Assembly: GCF_009914755.1 (NCBI RefSeq)
Contig: NC_060947.1
Length of the DNA: 64,000 nucleotides
DNA from: the human T2T-CHM13v2.0 reference genome, Homo sapiens
Reading direction: 5' to 3' (one strand)
Position numbers and translations under genes: made by a program. The notes below the pieces were generated by a model that saw nothing but the letters and a program-made list of their open reading frames with translations, did not search any database and was not told the origin of the DNA. Below are positions 16,839-27,851 of this stretch, piece after piece; within the stretch, counting starts at the first letter, position 1; every line of letters begins with the position of its first letter.

Positions 16839-17142
16839 GTTGTTGTTGTTGTTGTTGCTGTTGAGACGGAGTCTTGCTCTGTCACCTAGGTTGGAGTCCA
16901 GTGGCATGATCTCGGCTCACTGCAACCTCTGCCTCCTGGGTTCAAGCGATTCTTCTGCCTCAGCCTCCCAAGTAGCTGAGGCTACAGGCATGTGCCACCA
17001 CACCTGGTTAATTTTTGTATTTTTAGTTGAAATGGGATTTCATCATATTGACCAGGCTGGTCTCGAACTCCTGACCTCATGATCCTCCTGCCTTGGCCTC
17101 CCACAGTGCTGGGATTACAGGCATGAGCCACCACGCCCAGCC
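16839..17142 (-). mobile_element. AluS with (CAA)n tail
   Basis: Full Alu, (TTG)n tail on + strand, TSD tcaggtgtac / tcgggtgtac. Confidence 0.95.
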
Positions 17143-17254
17143 TCGGGTGTACCTTTATGTCCTCCTCTGGAATGTTGTTGTATTTAATACACATTTTTAT
17201 ACATACACAAAAACAAAGGGTATAGATAGTACAATAAACTCACATACACTCATT

Positions 17255-17605
17255 GTTCAAAATTTTTATGTCAAAGCCCTAACACCCACTACCTCAAAAC
17301 ATGGCCGTATTTGGAGATAGGCTTTTTAAAAAGGCAATTATGTTAAGATGAGGCCCTTAGGGTGGGCCTTAATCTAATCTGACTGGTCTTCTTGTAAGAA
17401 GAGGCTATTAGGACAGAGAAACATGTGCACAGAGGAAAGACCACTGAGGACTCAGCAAGAAGGTGGCCTTCCATAAACCAAAGAGAGAGGCTTCAGGAGA
17501 AACCAAACTTGCTGACATCTTGATCTCACACTTCCAGTCTCCAGGACTGTGAGAAATAGACTTGTTTTTAAGCCACGCAGTCTGTGGTATTTTGTTACAG
17601 CATCT
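17255..17605 (+). mobile_element. MLT1A/B-like LTR
   Basis: gtatttggagataggc...ttagggtgggccttaatctaatctgactgg...aagccacgcagtctgtggtattttgttacagca. Confidence 0.8.
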
Positions 17606-18054
17606 GGCTATAGTTTAGATATGGTTTGTTTGTCCCTATGAAAACTCATGTTGAAATTTGATCCCCAATATGGCAGTATTGAGAGGTGGGGCCTAGTGGG
17701 GTGTGTTTGTGTTATGGGGGCAGATTCCTCATGAATGGCTTGGTGCTATATTTGGGGTAATGAGTGCTTGCTGTAATGATACTGGATTAGTTTTTGTGGG
17801 AATGGATTCATTCCTGAGAGAGTGGGTTGTTATAAAGCTAGGATGCCCTTCGGTTTTCCCCTCTCTTTGTATGTGCCCACTTCCCCCTTTGACCTTCTCT
17901 GCCACCTTGTAACATACATAAAAGCCCTTGCCAGAGATCAGAGTCATGCCCTGAACTTCTCAGCCTGCAGAACATGAACTAAGTAAATTTCTTTTCTTTA
18001 TAAATTGCCCAGTCTGAGGTATTCCTTTATAGCAACACAAAATAAACTAAGACA
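17606..18054 (+). mobile_element. MSTB-like solo LTR
   Basis: gctatagtttagatat...aaactcatgttgaaatttgatcccc...tatagcaacacaaaataaactaagaca. Confidence 0.85.
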
Positions 18055-18287
18055 CACCCCTAGAAAGCTAATACAAATAATATTAAGATTTTTCTATTTC
18101 ATTCTCTATCTTTTCCTCTCTCTCTACCTCCCACAAATGACTTTAAAGCAAATTCCAAGCATTATTTCTTTTCACTCCCTAAACATCTTTAGTATGTGTT
18201 TCATTAAAATGTGGAAATTTTCTTCTATAACCCCAAAGCCATTATCCTATCTAAGAAAATTATTAAACACTCTCTTATTATCATATA

Positions 18288-18706
18288 CAGTTGACCCTTA
18301 AACATGGGTGTGAACTGCATGAGTCCACTTATACATCATTTTCTTCTGTCTCTGCCACCCCTGAGACAGCAAGAGTAACTCCTCTCCCTCCCCCTCAGCC
18401 TACTCAACATGAAAACAATGAGGATTAAGACTTTTATGATGATCCACTTCCACTTAATCAATAGCAAATATATTTTCTCTTTCTTATGATTTTCTTATAA
18501 CATTTTTCTCTAGCTTACTTAATTGTAAGAATATAATACATATAGCATACAAAATATGTGTTAATCAACTGTTATGTTATTGATAAAGCTTCCAGTCAAC
18601 AGTAGGCTATTAGTAGTTACGTTTTGGAGGAGTCAGTGTTGTATGCTAGTTTTCAACTGTGCGAGGGTCGGCACCACTAACCCTTGCATTATTCAGGAGT
18701 CAACTG
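18288..18706. mobile_element. Tigger2a-like DNA transposon
   Basis: TIRs cagttgaccctt / aggagtcaactg flanked by TA. Confidence 0.88.
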
Positions 18707-18709
18707 TAA

Positions 18710-19600
18710 TACATACTAAAAGTTTCCCAATTGTCTCAAAAAATCTTTTTTTTTTTTTTTTTTTTTACTGTTAATTAGTTTGCATCAGGATCCAAACAAG
18801 GTCCACACATTACATTTGGTTGTTATATCCATTGATTCTTTTTGAATCTAAAGCAATGTCCTTTCCCCCTTTTTATCCCTTCAATAAATCAATTGAAGAA
18901 CCTGGGTCAATTGTCCTTTGGGATGTTTCATGTTCTAGATTTGTCTGCTTGCTTCATTGTGTCATTTAATTTGCTCTTCTATTCCTCATATTTCTCGAAG
19001 AGATTCACTTATTTGTTGAAGATATTTCATGGTTGATGCTGGGTACTTCATACTGGATCAGAAGGCATATGTCTGGTTGTTTCATTTTTAGTGATTCTAA
19101 GATTGATCAATGTGTTTAGGTGATGAATATCAAAGTGTTTGAAAGTATTCCTCATAAAAGTTTGTATATTTCTTATATATTCACTCCTATGTATGTAATA
19201 TTCTTGGTTGCTTTTTAAAATGTGATCTTCCCTGCCATTATATCTTCTAATTGACGGTTGTTTGCATATGTGAAGGGAATTTATTTTTATACATTAATTT
19301 TATATTTTACTAATGTACTAAGTTTTGTTAAATGTTTGTAGTAGTTGTTTACTTGATTTTTTGGTTTTCAAGTAGAAGACGATTCTATTATATGTGAGTA
19401 GAAATGTTTTTATTGCTTTCTTTCCAATACTTATAATAATTATTTTATTCTATTGTCTAGTTAGGGTAGCTAATACCTTCAATGCATTGTTACATAATAG
19501 TGGCAAGAGTGAGCATCCTTTTTTCCCTCTTGATTTTAGTGGGAAGGCTCCTAGTACTTCCACATTGAGTAAAACAGTGGCTTTTGAATGAAACTTTTTA
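18710..19600 (-). mobile_element. Old L1M fragments
   Basis: T-rich antisense ORF2-like text, e.g. agtggcaagagtgagcatcctt...gattttagtgggaaggc. Confidence 0.6.
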
Positions 19601-19839
19601 AAAAGCACATTTAAACTTGATTAGGCAAAAAGCCCAAATACCACCATTTGTCTATATTGAACCAACTTATTCTATGTCACTAAATAAATAGGCTGGTAAA
19701 ATTAGACTAATTAAATGTTGTCATCTGATGGACAAGGGTGCATACCTTTGCTAATGTTTTGACTGCTTACAGCACAATCTCCACAACTTCAACTGGACAG
19801 GCAACTGCAAGGCTGGTAGAAAAAGCAGTAGCTCTGGTG

Positions 19840-20210
19840 ACCAGAGTTTATTTGGAATCTAACCAACATTGTGACTTGGAGCAGGTCACTTCCGCTCCTT
19901 GCACCTCAGTTCTTGACCTATAAAGTAAGGTGGCAATTTTTTTTTGAGGTTGCTCTGTTGCCTCTGTCACCCATGCTGGAGCTCAGTGGCAAAATCATAG
20001 CTAACAGCAACCTTGAACTCCTAGGCACAAGTGATCCTTCTGCTGTGACTCCCCAAAGTGCTTGGAGTACAGGCACGAGCCACCACATCTGGCTGACAAT
20101 TCTACTTAATAGGGTTGTTGTGAGAAAGAAAAGATGTACATTGGTGAAATCATATATTTCAGTGCCTGGCACACAGTACACACTCAACAAATGTTTGCTG
20201 AATAGGTGAA
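19840..20210. mobile_element. MIR interrupted by a minus-strand Alu monomer (FLAM/FRAM, 19938-20094)
   Basis: tgtgacttggagcaggtcactt...cagtgcctggcacacagta; monomer flanked by ggcaatt / gacaatt. Confidence 0.75.
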
Positions 20211-20972
20211 TATTAAGAAAATACATATGTATAAATCACTTTTTTGCGAAAGTTTAAAATAGTAAATGAGTAAATGAAGAATGGATTATCCCTTTCCTCT
20301 CTCTTTTTCCACCTATACTTTATTCCTTCAGATTTACTGGCAAAAGTTTTACTAAATAGACTGTGATCCAAAACAGGAAACTGTCCTAAAGGGAATTTTC
20401 ATATTCTACTTTAAAGTAAAAATCCAAAGTTGAGCTCACCCTTGGAAAAATTAGCCTGGCCAGTCTGTCTTCAATTAGTCTCTCCACACATAGGGAAGTG
20501 GAGCAGGAGAGATGGGCAAGAGGCCAGAATAGCGGCACAAGGAGACTGGGAAATGGATTCCAGGGTTTGTGAGCCGGATAGAAATAGAAGAGTGAGTCTA
20601 CATAGATTTTACCATTATCCTTTAAAAATAAATAAAACAAACCTAAATAAAAACTAAAAAGCACCACACAAGTGGTTTTACCTAAGTTTCAAAGAGTAGT
20701 CTTTGACCACTGTGGTGTAACTTGGAAGTCATAAGTTAAAAATACTGATAAAAATTATGGCCCCAGTTCCTGGCATCTCTTCATTAGTGCCTTATTCCTT
20801 TTGGGGTTAGTCTGTTCACTTATAGGGTCCTTTATTAAACTGCCAATAGTCTTGGATGTTAGTCAACCTTATTAATATAATGTCAGAGCTTAAAGGGCCT
20901 TTCTTATGTGTATTTTTTTTAATTTCCTGTACCCCTATGAAAATTGCTTTTTTACTAATTATGTACAAAATA

Positions 20973-21272
20973 GGACAAATGCAGTGGCTCATACCTATAA
21001 TCCCAGCACTTTGGAAGGCTGAAGCAGGATGATTGCTTAAGCCCAGGAGTTTGAGGCCAGTCTGGGAAACACAGTGAGACCCCATCTCCACAAAAAATAA
21101 AAAAACTTAGCTGGGTTCAGTGGCACGTGCATGTGATCCCAGCTACATAGTAGGCTGTGGTGATAAGGATCCCTTGAGCCTGGGAGGTCGAGGCTGCAGT
21201 GAGCTGTGATTGCACCACTGCACCCCAGCCTGGGTGACATAGCAAGACCCTGTCTCAAAAAATAAAAATAAA
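20973..21272 (+). mobile_element. AluJ
   Basis: ggattgcttaagcccaggagtttgag and gaggctgcagtgagctgtgattgcacc J-type features. Confidence 0.92.
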
Positions 21273-21392
21273 GTCCATTTTCAAAAAGTTTCATAACCCC
21301 AAAACATAAAGAATTAAGGTCACCTGAAATTAATGACACCAACCTGACATCTTGGTCATATATATATATATATATATATATCCCATTATACA

Positions 21393-21739
21393 CAGTCATG
21401 CACCACATAATGATGTTTTGGTTGATGACAGACCACATATACAACAGTGATCCCATAAAATTATAATATGGTATTTTTACTGTGCCTTTCTATGTTTTGA
21501 TATGTTTAGATGCACAAAAACTTACCATTGTGTTACAGTTACCTACAGTATTCAGTACAGTAACATGCTGTAAAGGCTTGTAGCCTAGGGACAATAAGCT
21601 ATACCATATAGCCTGGGTGTGTAGTAGGTTATATGATCTAGGTTTGTGTAAGTATACTCTATGATATTTGCACAATGACAAAATTGCCTAACTTTGTATT
21701 TCTCAGAGTGTATCCCCATCATTAACTGACACATGACGG
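21393..21739. mobile_element. Tigger3a/MER7A-like DNA transposon, preceded by (TA)n
   Basis: TIRs cagtcatg...catgacgg, ~345 bp. Confidence 0.85.
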
Positions 21740-22139
21740 TATATGTATATGTATTACATGTATGCCATTGTATATATATATAACTATTGGTAACCATCAT
21801 ATATATGCATGTATGTAATATTATATTTATATAATGGTAACCATTATATATACATATATTATGTATTATATGCTGTTTTATTATAAATGCCTATCTGCTA
21901 TTCCCCTTATACCTCTCCAAGTCATATTAATAATGTTATGTGTCTCCTTTCAAACTCCATTCCATTCACAGAACCCTACTGCCTCTGTGGCAGTACCTCC
22001 CATTGTAAAAGGACAGGCAGAGAGCATGAGTAACTTGGGATTCAGTACTACCACTCCTACTTCTACTGGACCAGATCAGATTTTATTTTATTCTTTTTAA
22101 ATATTAGACTTCATGGAAAACACTTTTAAGAAAGGATTT

Positions 22140-22270
22140 TTTTTTAAAGTTTGAAAACCACTGATCACCTGTGGTCAGTTCAACCTTCCACATTTTAGAG
22201 ACGAAGAAACTGAGGTGGAGAGACTTGCTCGAGGTCATTTAGCTAGATAATAGAAGATTTTGCCTTTGGC
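22140..22270 (-). mobile_element. MIR fragment
   Basis: cattttagagacgaagaaactgagg...cttgctcgaggtca. Confidence 0.6.
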
Positions 22271-24970
22271 CACAGTTTACTATCTTCTTACAATTCATCA
22301 TCTTTTCTTGTTTATCCAAGGATTATGTGTGTTTTTCAAAACATTGCTGGTCTATAAAAAATGTAAAGATAACATAATAATTAATGGTAAAAGACTGATT
22401 CTTTCTCTATAAGATCAGATAAAAAGACAGGTTGTCTGATCTCACCTCTCCTATGCAATTTAATACAGTAGGTCTCAGCTCATGCAGTAAGGCAAGAAAA
22501 AAAATAAAAGCATACAGAATGGAAAGGAGGAAGTAAAATTAACCAATTTGCCAATGGTATGATTGTATGCATAAAAATGCTAAGGAATATACAAAAAGCT
22601 ATGAAAAGTAATAATTGAGTTTAGCAAAGCCAAAAGATAAAAGTCATTCTAAAATATCTATTATAGTACAGGAGTTCTGGCACGACAGGAGGTAGAGAAA
22701 TTCTCTCCTCAAAAAGCAACTATAAAGCTAAACAAGATAGTGAAAAACAACCATTTCAACATTCTGGAATTCAAACAAAGGTACAAAGCAAACTGAGAAG
22801 TATTTATTTGTGAAAACTACTGAACTTTGTACAAGAGCAGCATGTTTCTGGTAGTTTTGCCTGGGGATAGTTCTAGACACCACCTCCCAGCTTTGTATGT
22901 GGTATAATGAAACCAGGGTGAGGAAGGCTGTGCAAACCAGCGGTTGTGATGCCTCAGTGGGAGGGGCTCACTTGATTGGCAGCATACATAGTTACAGTGG
23001 CAAACTAGGTAACAAGTGAATAGGAATAGCTAATGGCTCCATTAGCCTGAGGTTGTGTGCCTATTTTGGGCAAGCAAGATACCAGTGGACTAGCTGGGAA
23101 TGTAACAAGGTTTTTGGGGAGGTGACAGTCATAGGATGCTGATATGTTTTTCACATATCCTGGCTTAATAAGAAGATGTGCACATGTGCAGCAGAGATTG
23201 GAGTAGACTTAAGCCACCCACACATACCTGGTTGATGGAGACAGTAAACACCCCCAGAGAAATCATGAAAAAGCCTGGCAAAAAGCAAAAATTTTGGAAG
23301 ACTTCAAAACAGTCTGAAGTTTAAATGTTTTCCCAGTACACACAGAGATACATCAGCAGAGAGAGAAAATCTTTCTGGCATAAGATGTTTGAACGCAACT
23401 ACTAACCAATATTTGGTCTATCAGAAGCTATGAAGGCCCAGTGATCACCCTTAAAAATCCAGATTTTAAAATAAAAACAAAGGGAAAAAACGAAATAAAG
23501 ACACCAGTGGCTGTACATCATTGGGGTAGCAGATTGTAAAGATTAAGCCCAGTCAACAAAGAAACAAAACAAACAAAACAAAACAGAACAACAATACCCT
23601 TGGGGTGGTCAGAATTCAGAAGTGCTATATTATATTATCCAAAATATCCAATATTAAACAATAAAACTATAAGACATGCATAAAAAGAAGAAAGTGTGAC
23701 CTATACTTGACAGGGGAGGAATCAGTTAATAGAAACTGTTTATGAATATTCCCAGATATTAAATTTAGCAGAGAATACTTAAAAGCAGCCATCATGAATA
23801 TGTTTAAAGAACTGAAGCAAATAACTTATGTTTAAAAAATTAAAGGAAAGTATGATGGCAATGACGCAGAAAATAGAGAATCTCAATAAGGACATATAAT
23901 TTATACAAAAGTACCACATGCAAATTTGGGAAATGAAAAGTAAAATAACTGTAATGAAAAGTTCACTTTAGGGGCTCATTGTAGGTTTGAGCTGGCAGAA
24001 GAAAGAATCAGTGAACCTGAAGATAGAACAATAGAGAAGATGCAATCTGAAGAACAGAAAGAAAAAGGAATAAAGAAAAATGAACGGAGCCTTAGAGACT
24101 TGTGAAAACCATAAAATCTACTAACATATGTATAATGGAAGTCCTAGAGGAGAGGAGAAAGGAACAGAAAACATTTTAAGAAATAATGGCTGCAATTTTC
24201 CCAAATTTGATTTAAAAATTAATCTATACATCCAAGAAACTCATTGACCCCTCCAACCCCCAGCAGGATAAACACAAAGAGATCCACACCTAAAAATATC
24301 CTGAGCCAACTATAAAAAAACAGAAACATATAAAATATTGAAATGAAAGCAGCAAGAAAAACATCAGGTACATAAGAACAACAATATGATTAATGGTTGA
24401 CTTCATATCAGAAATGATACAGACCAGGCAGTAATGAGATGACATATTCAAAACAGGTGAATAGAGGAGAGAGAGAGAGAGAGAGAGACTCTCAACCACC
24501 TATTCTGTGTCTAAGAAAACTATCCTTAGGAAATGAAGGTAGAACAAAGGCATTCTCAAATAAACAAAGACCGGGAGAATTTGTTGGTCACTAGCCTGCC
24601 TGAAAGGAAATTCTAAAGGAAATCTTCAGGCTGAAAGAAAATGACAGCGGATGATAACTTGAATTTCCAGGAAGAAATAAAGAGTTATGGAAATGGTATA
24701 CCTGTTGGTAAATACAAAAGTTTCTATAAATATATTACTTCTAATTTCCTCTCAATTTTTAAAAAAGACATGCAATTGTATAAACTAATAAATATAACAC
24801 TATATCATTGGGTTTACAACATATATCGATATACTATATGATGGTAGTAGCAAAAGGCAGGAGGAAGAAAAAGGGACATACTTGAGTAAAATTTTATACT
24901 AAAATTAAATTAGCATTATTCTCAGTCAACTGTAATAAGCTAAGATGCATATTGTAAATTCAAGAGCATT

Positions 24971-25261
24971 AACACATGGACACAGGAAGGGGAACATCAC
25001 ACTCTGGGGACTGTTGTGGGGTGGGGGGAGGGGGGAGGGATAGCATTGGGAGATATACCTAATGCTAGATGACGAGTTATTGGGTGCAGCGCACCAGCAT
25101 GGCACATGTATACATATGTAACTAACCTGCACAATGTGCACATGTACCCTAAAACTTAAAGTATAGTAAAAAAAAAGTATAGCACATACAATGATGTATC
25201 ATACATAATACTTGATAATGATAATAAATGCCTATGTTACTCATTTAAATAAAAAAGAAAA
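24971..25261 (+). mobile_element. 5'-truncated L1PA2/3 3'UTR (~205 bp) plus 70-nt 3' extension and second A-tract
   Basis: aacacatggacacagg...gctagatgacgag...taaaacttaaagtata, A9, non-L1 sequence 25177-25246, A-tract. Confidence 0.9.
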
Positions 25262-26001
25262 TAATATAGTAAATAACAAAGCAATAGATAAATTAAAATT
25301 ATACACTAAAAATATTTATTTCACCTAGAAAAGCAAGTGAAGAGCAACATATGCATAAACAAAATGAAACAGATGAAAAACGTGACAAAATTGCAGACAT
25401 AAATCTAACCATATCAATGTGTATTAAATGTGCATGAAATAAACATCCCTTTCAGAAGTCAGAGATTATCAGCCAAGACAAACAAAAGCAAGCTCCAACT
25501 ATATCCTGTCTAGAACAGATACCACTTAGAGTCAAATAAATACATAGGTTGAATGTTTATAAAATGATGGAAAAAATTATCCCACATAAAAACCATAAAA
25601 ATGATATTGGTTTTATTAATATCATAAGAGACTTTAAGACAAGAAATGTTACTGGAAACAAAGAGAGACCATTTATATGATTAAAAGGTAGATCCATCAG
25701 GAAGATGTAAGGAATATGAACATATATGCACTTAGCAACAGGACCTCAAAATACATGAGGCAAAACCTGACAGAATTAAAAGGAGGAATAGGTAAACAGC
25801 AATAATAGTTAGATATTTCAATATCCCACTGCCCATAACTTATAGAAAATAAGCAAAGATACACAGACTTGTACATCACTATTAACCAACTTGCCCTAAT
25901 TACCATTTTTAGAATGCTCCACCCATTGACTATGGAATACACATTCTTTTAAATGCATATAGAACATATTCTAGGATATACCATGCACTGGGCCAGAAAA
26001 C

Positions 26002-26321
26002 AAGTCTCAATAAAATGGAAAAGATTGCAGTTATTTAAATATGTTCTTTGAGTGCAAAATAATTAATTTAGAGATCCACATCAGAAAGGAACCTGGGAAA
26101 AGCCCATATGTTTGAAAATTAAATAAAACACTTCTATGGATCAAAGGGAAAAATTAAGTCTCAATAAAAGAAGTCTCAATAAAATTGGAAAGATGTAATT
26201 ATTTAAATAAGTTCTATGAGCACAACATAATTAATTTAGTGATCTACATCAGAAAGTACCCTGGGAAAAGCCCAAATATTTGAAAATTAATAAAACACTT
26301 CTATGGACCAAAGGGAAAAAT
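26002..26321. repeat. ~153-bp diverged tandem duplication with a 15-bp partial copy at the junction
   Basis: aagtctcaataaaa...aaagggaaaaat at 26002-26155 and 26171-26321; aagtctcaataaaag at 26156-26170. Confidence 0.9.
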
Positions 26322-26349
26322 CAGAAGAGCAATTAAAATATTTTGATTT

Positions 26350-26983
26350 TGGAGACAACAGCAGGAGTTGATTGAAGTTAAAAGACTGACAAGGCAGGAC
26401 TAGAAAAGGGGACCACTGAGAGGAGGAGTCAGAGGACCTGACCACTGATTGCTAATCCAAGGCTGCATGCCCAGGGAAGAGGAATGGTGTGAAAGAGTCA
26501 GTGAAAACCCCAGCCAGACATACTGAATCATTGAGAAACAAAGAAGAGGGAGGTGTCCATCCCTCCTTGGTGATCAGAGAGCTGGAGGGCAATGACTTCA
26601 TCAACTTTTCTTCTTTCCATCACAGTCCCAGGGTCAGACATAGAATAAAAAGTCGTGTGTCATGTATAATTGCTCTTCATTATGGATATAGGTGCCCATA
26701 AGAGGAAGAGAAGGTTTGGCGACTAGAGCTCCTGAAATGTCACTCAATACTCCTGCATTTTAACAGCCTCTATGTCTCTCTTCAGAATACTGAGGTTTCC
26801 ACAAACTTTATAAGCATGATTTTCCAGGTTCATCACCCTATGGACATATGTAGACAGAAGGAGAGGCGAGATGGATGAACTAAAAGCTCATCTCTGGATT
26901 CTCAACATCTTGCACAGTGCCTTGAATACAATTAGCATGTGTTGGATAATTGATTAATAAAAATAACTAGGATTCTAAAAAAT
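26350..26983 (+). other. Unidentified retroposed insert (orphan transduction or truncated retrocopy)
   Basis: Non-L1 sequence flanked by atattttgattt (26338-26349 / 26984-26995), AATAAA at 26956-26961, A-run at 26977-26982. Confidence 0.7.
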
Positions 26984-27851
26984 ATATTTTGATTTGAATA
27001 AAAATTATTTAATATATTCAAATATTTAATATATGAGATGCAGTTAAAGCAGTGCTTCGAAGGAAATTTATGGCTTTAAACATTTGTATCAGAAAAGAAG
27101 AAAGATCTCAAATCGATAGCCTAAGCTTCAACCTTAAGAAACTGGAAAATGCCGAGCAAACTAAAAACCAAAGCAATCAAGAGGACACAAATAATAAAGA
27201 TTATAGCAGGAATAAATGAAATAGAAAAAGAAAACAGAAAAACAACAGGGAAAATCTAGGAAACTAAAAGTTGGTTCTTTGACAAGATTGGCAAAATCGG
27301 CAAATCCTTGCTAAACTGATGAAGAAAAAAAAGAGAAGATCAGGAATAAAAGGGGCTATCACTACAGATTTTACAGAAATTAAAAAGATTATAGGTAGTA
27401 TTGTAAGCCAGTTTATATCAATGAATTGGACAATTTAGATGAAATGAGAAAATTCTGAAAAGAGACGTAAATTACCAACACTGACTTAAGAAGAAATTTA
27501 AAATTTGAATAGACCCATAACTACTCGAAAATTGAATTAGAAACTAAATATTTTTCCATGAAGAAAAGCCCAGGCTAGGCAAATTAACTCAAGATAAAAA
27601 ATCAATCCTTCATAAATGCCTTCAGAAAATTGAGATGAGAATATATTCTAATTCTTTCTAAGAAGCCAGTATAACCCTGATACAAAAAGCAAAGACACCA
27701 CAAGAAAAGAAACCCTAGAGCAGTATCCTTCTGAAGAACATCAAACTCCATTCAACAATATAAAAAATGAATTATACGACATGACCAAGTGATATTTATC
27801 CTAATAATGAAAAGCTGGTTTAACAACTAGAAAATAGATTAATGTAACACA

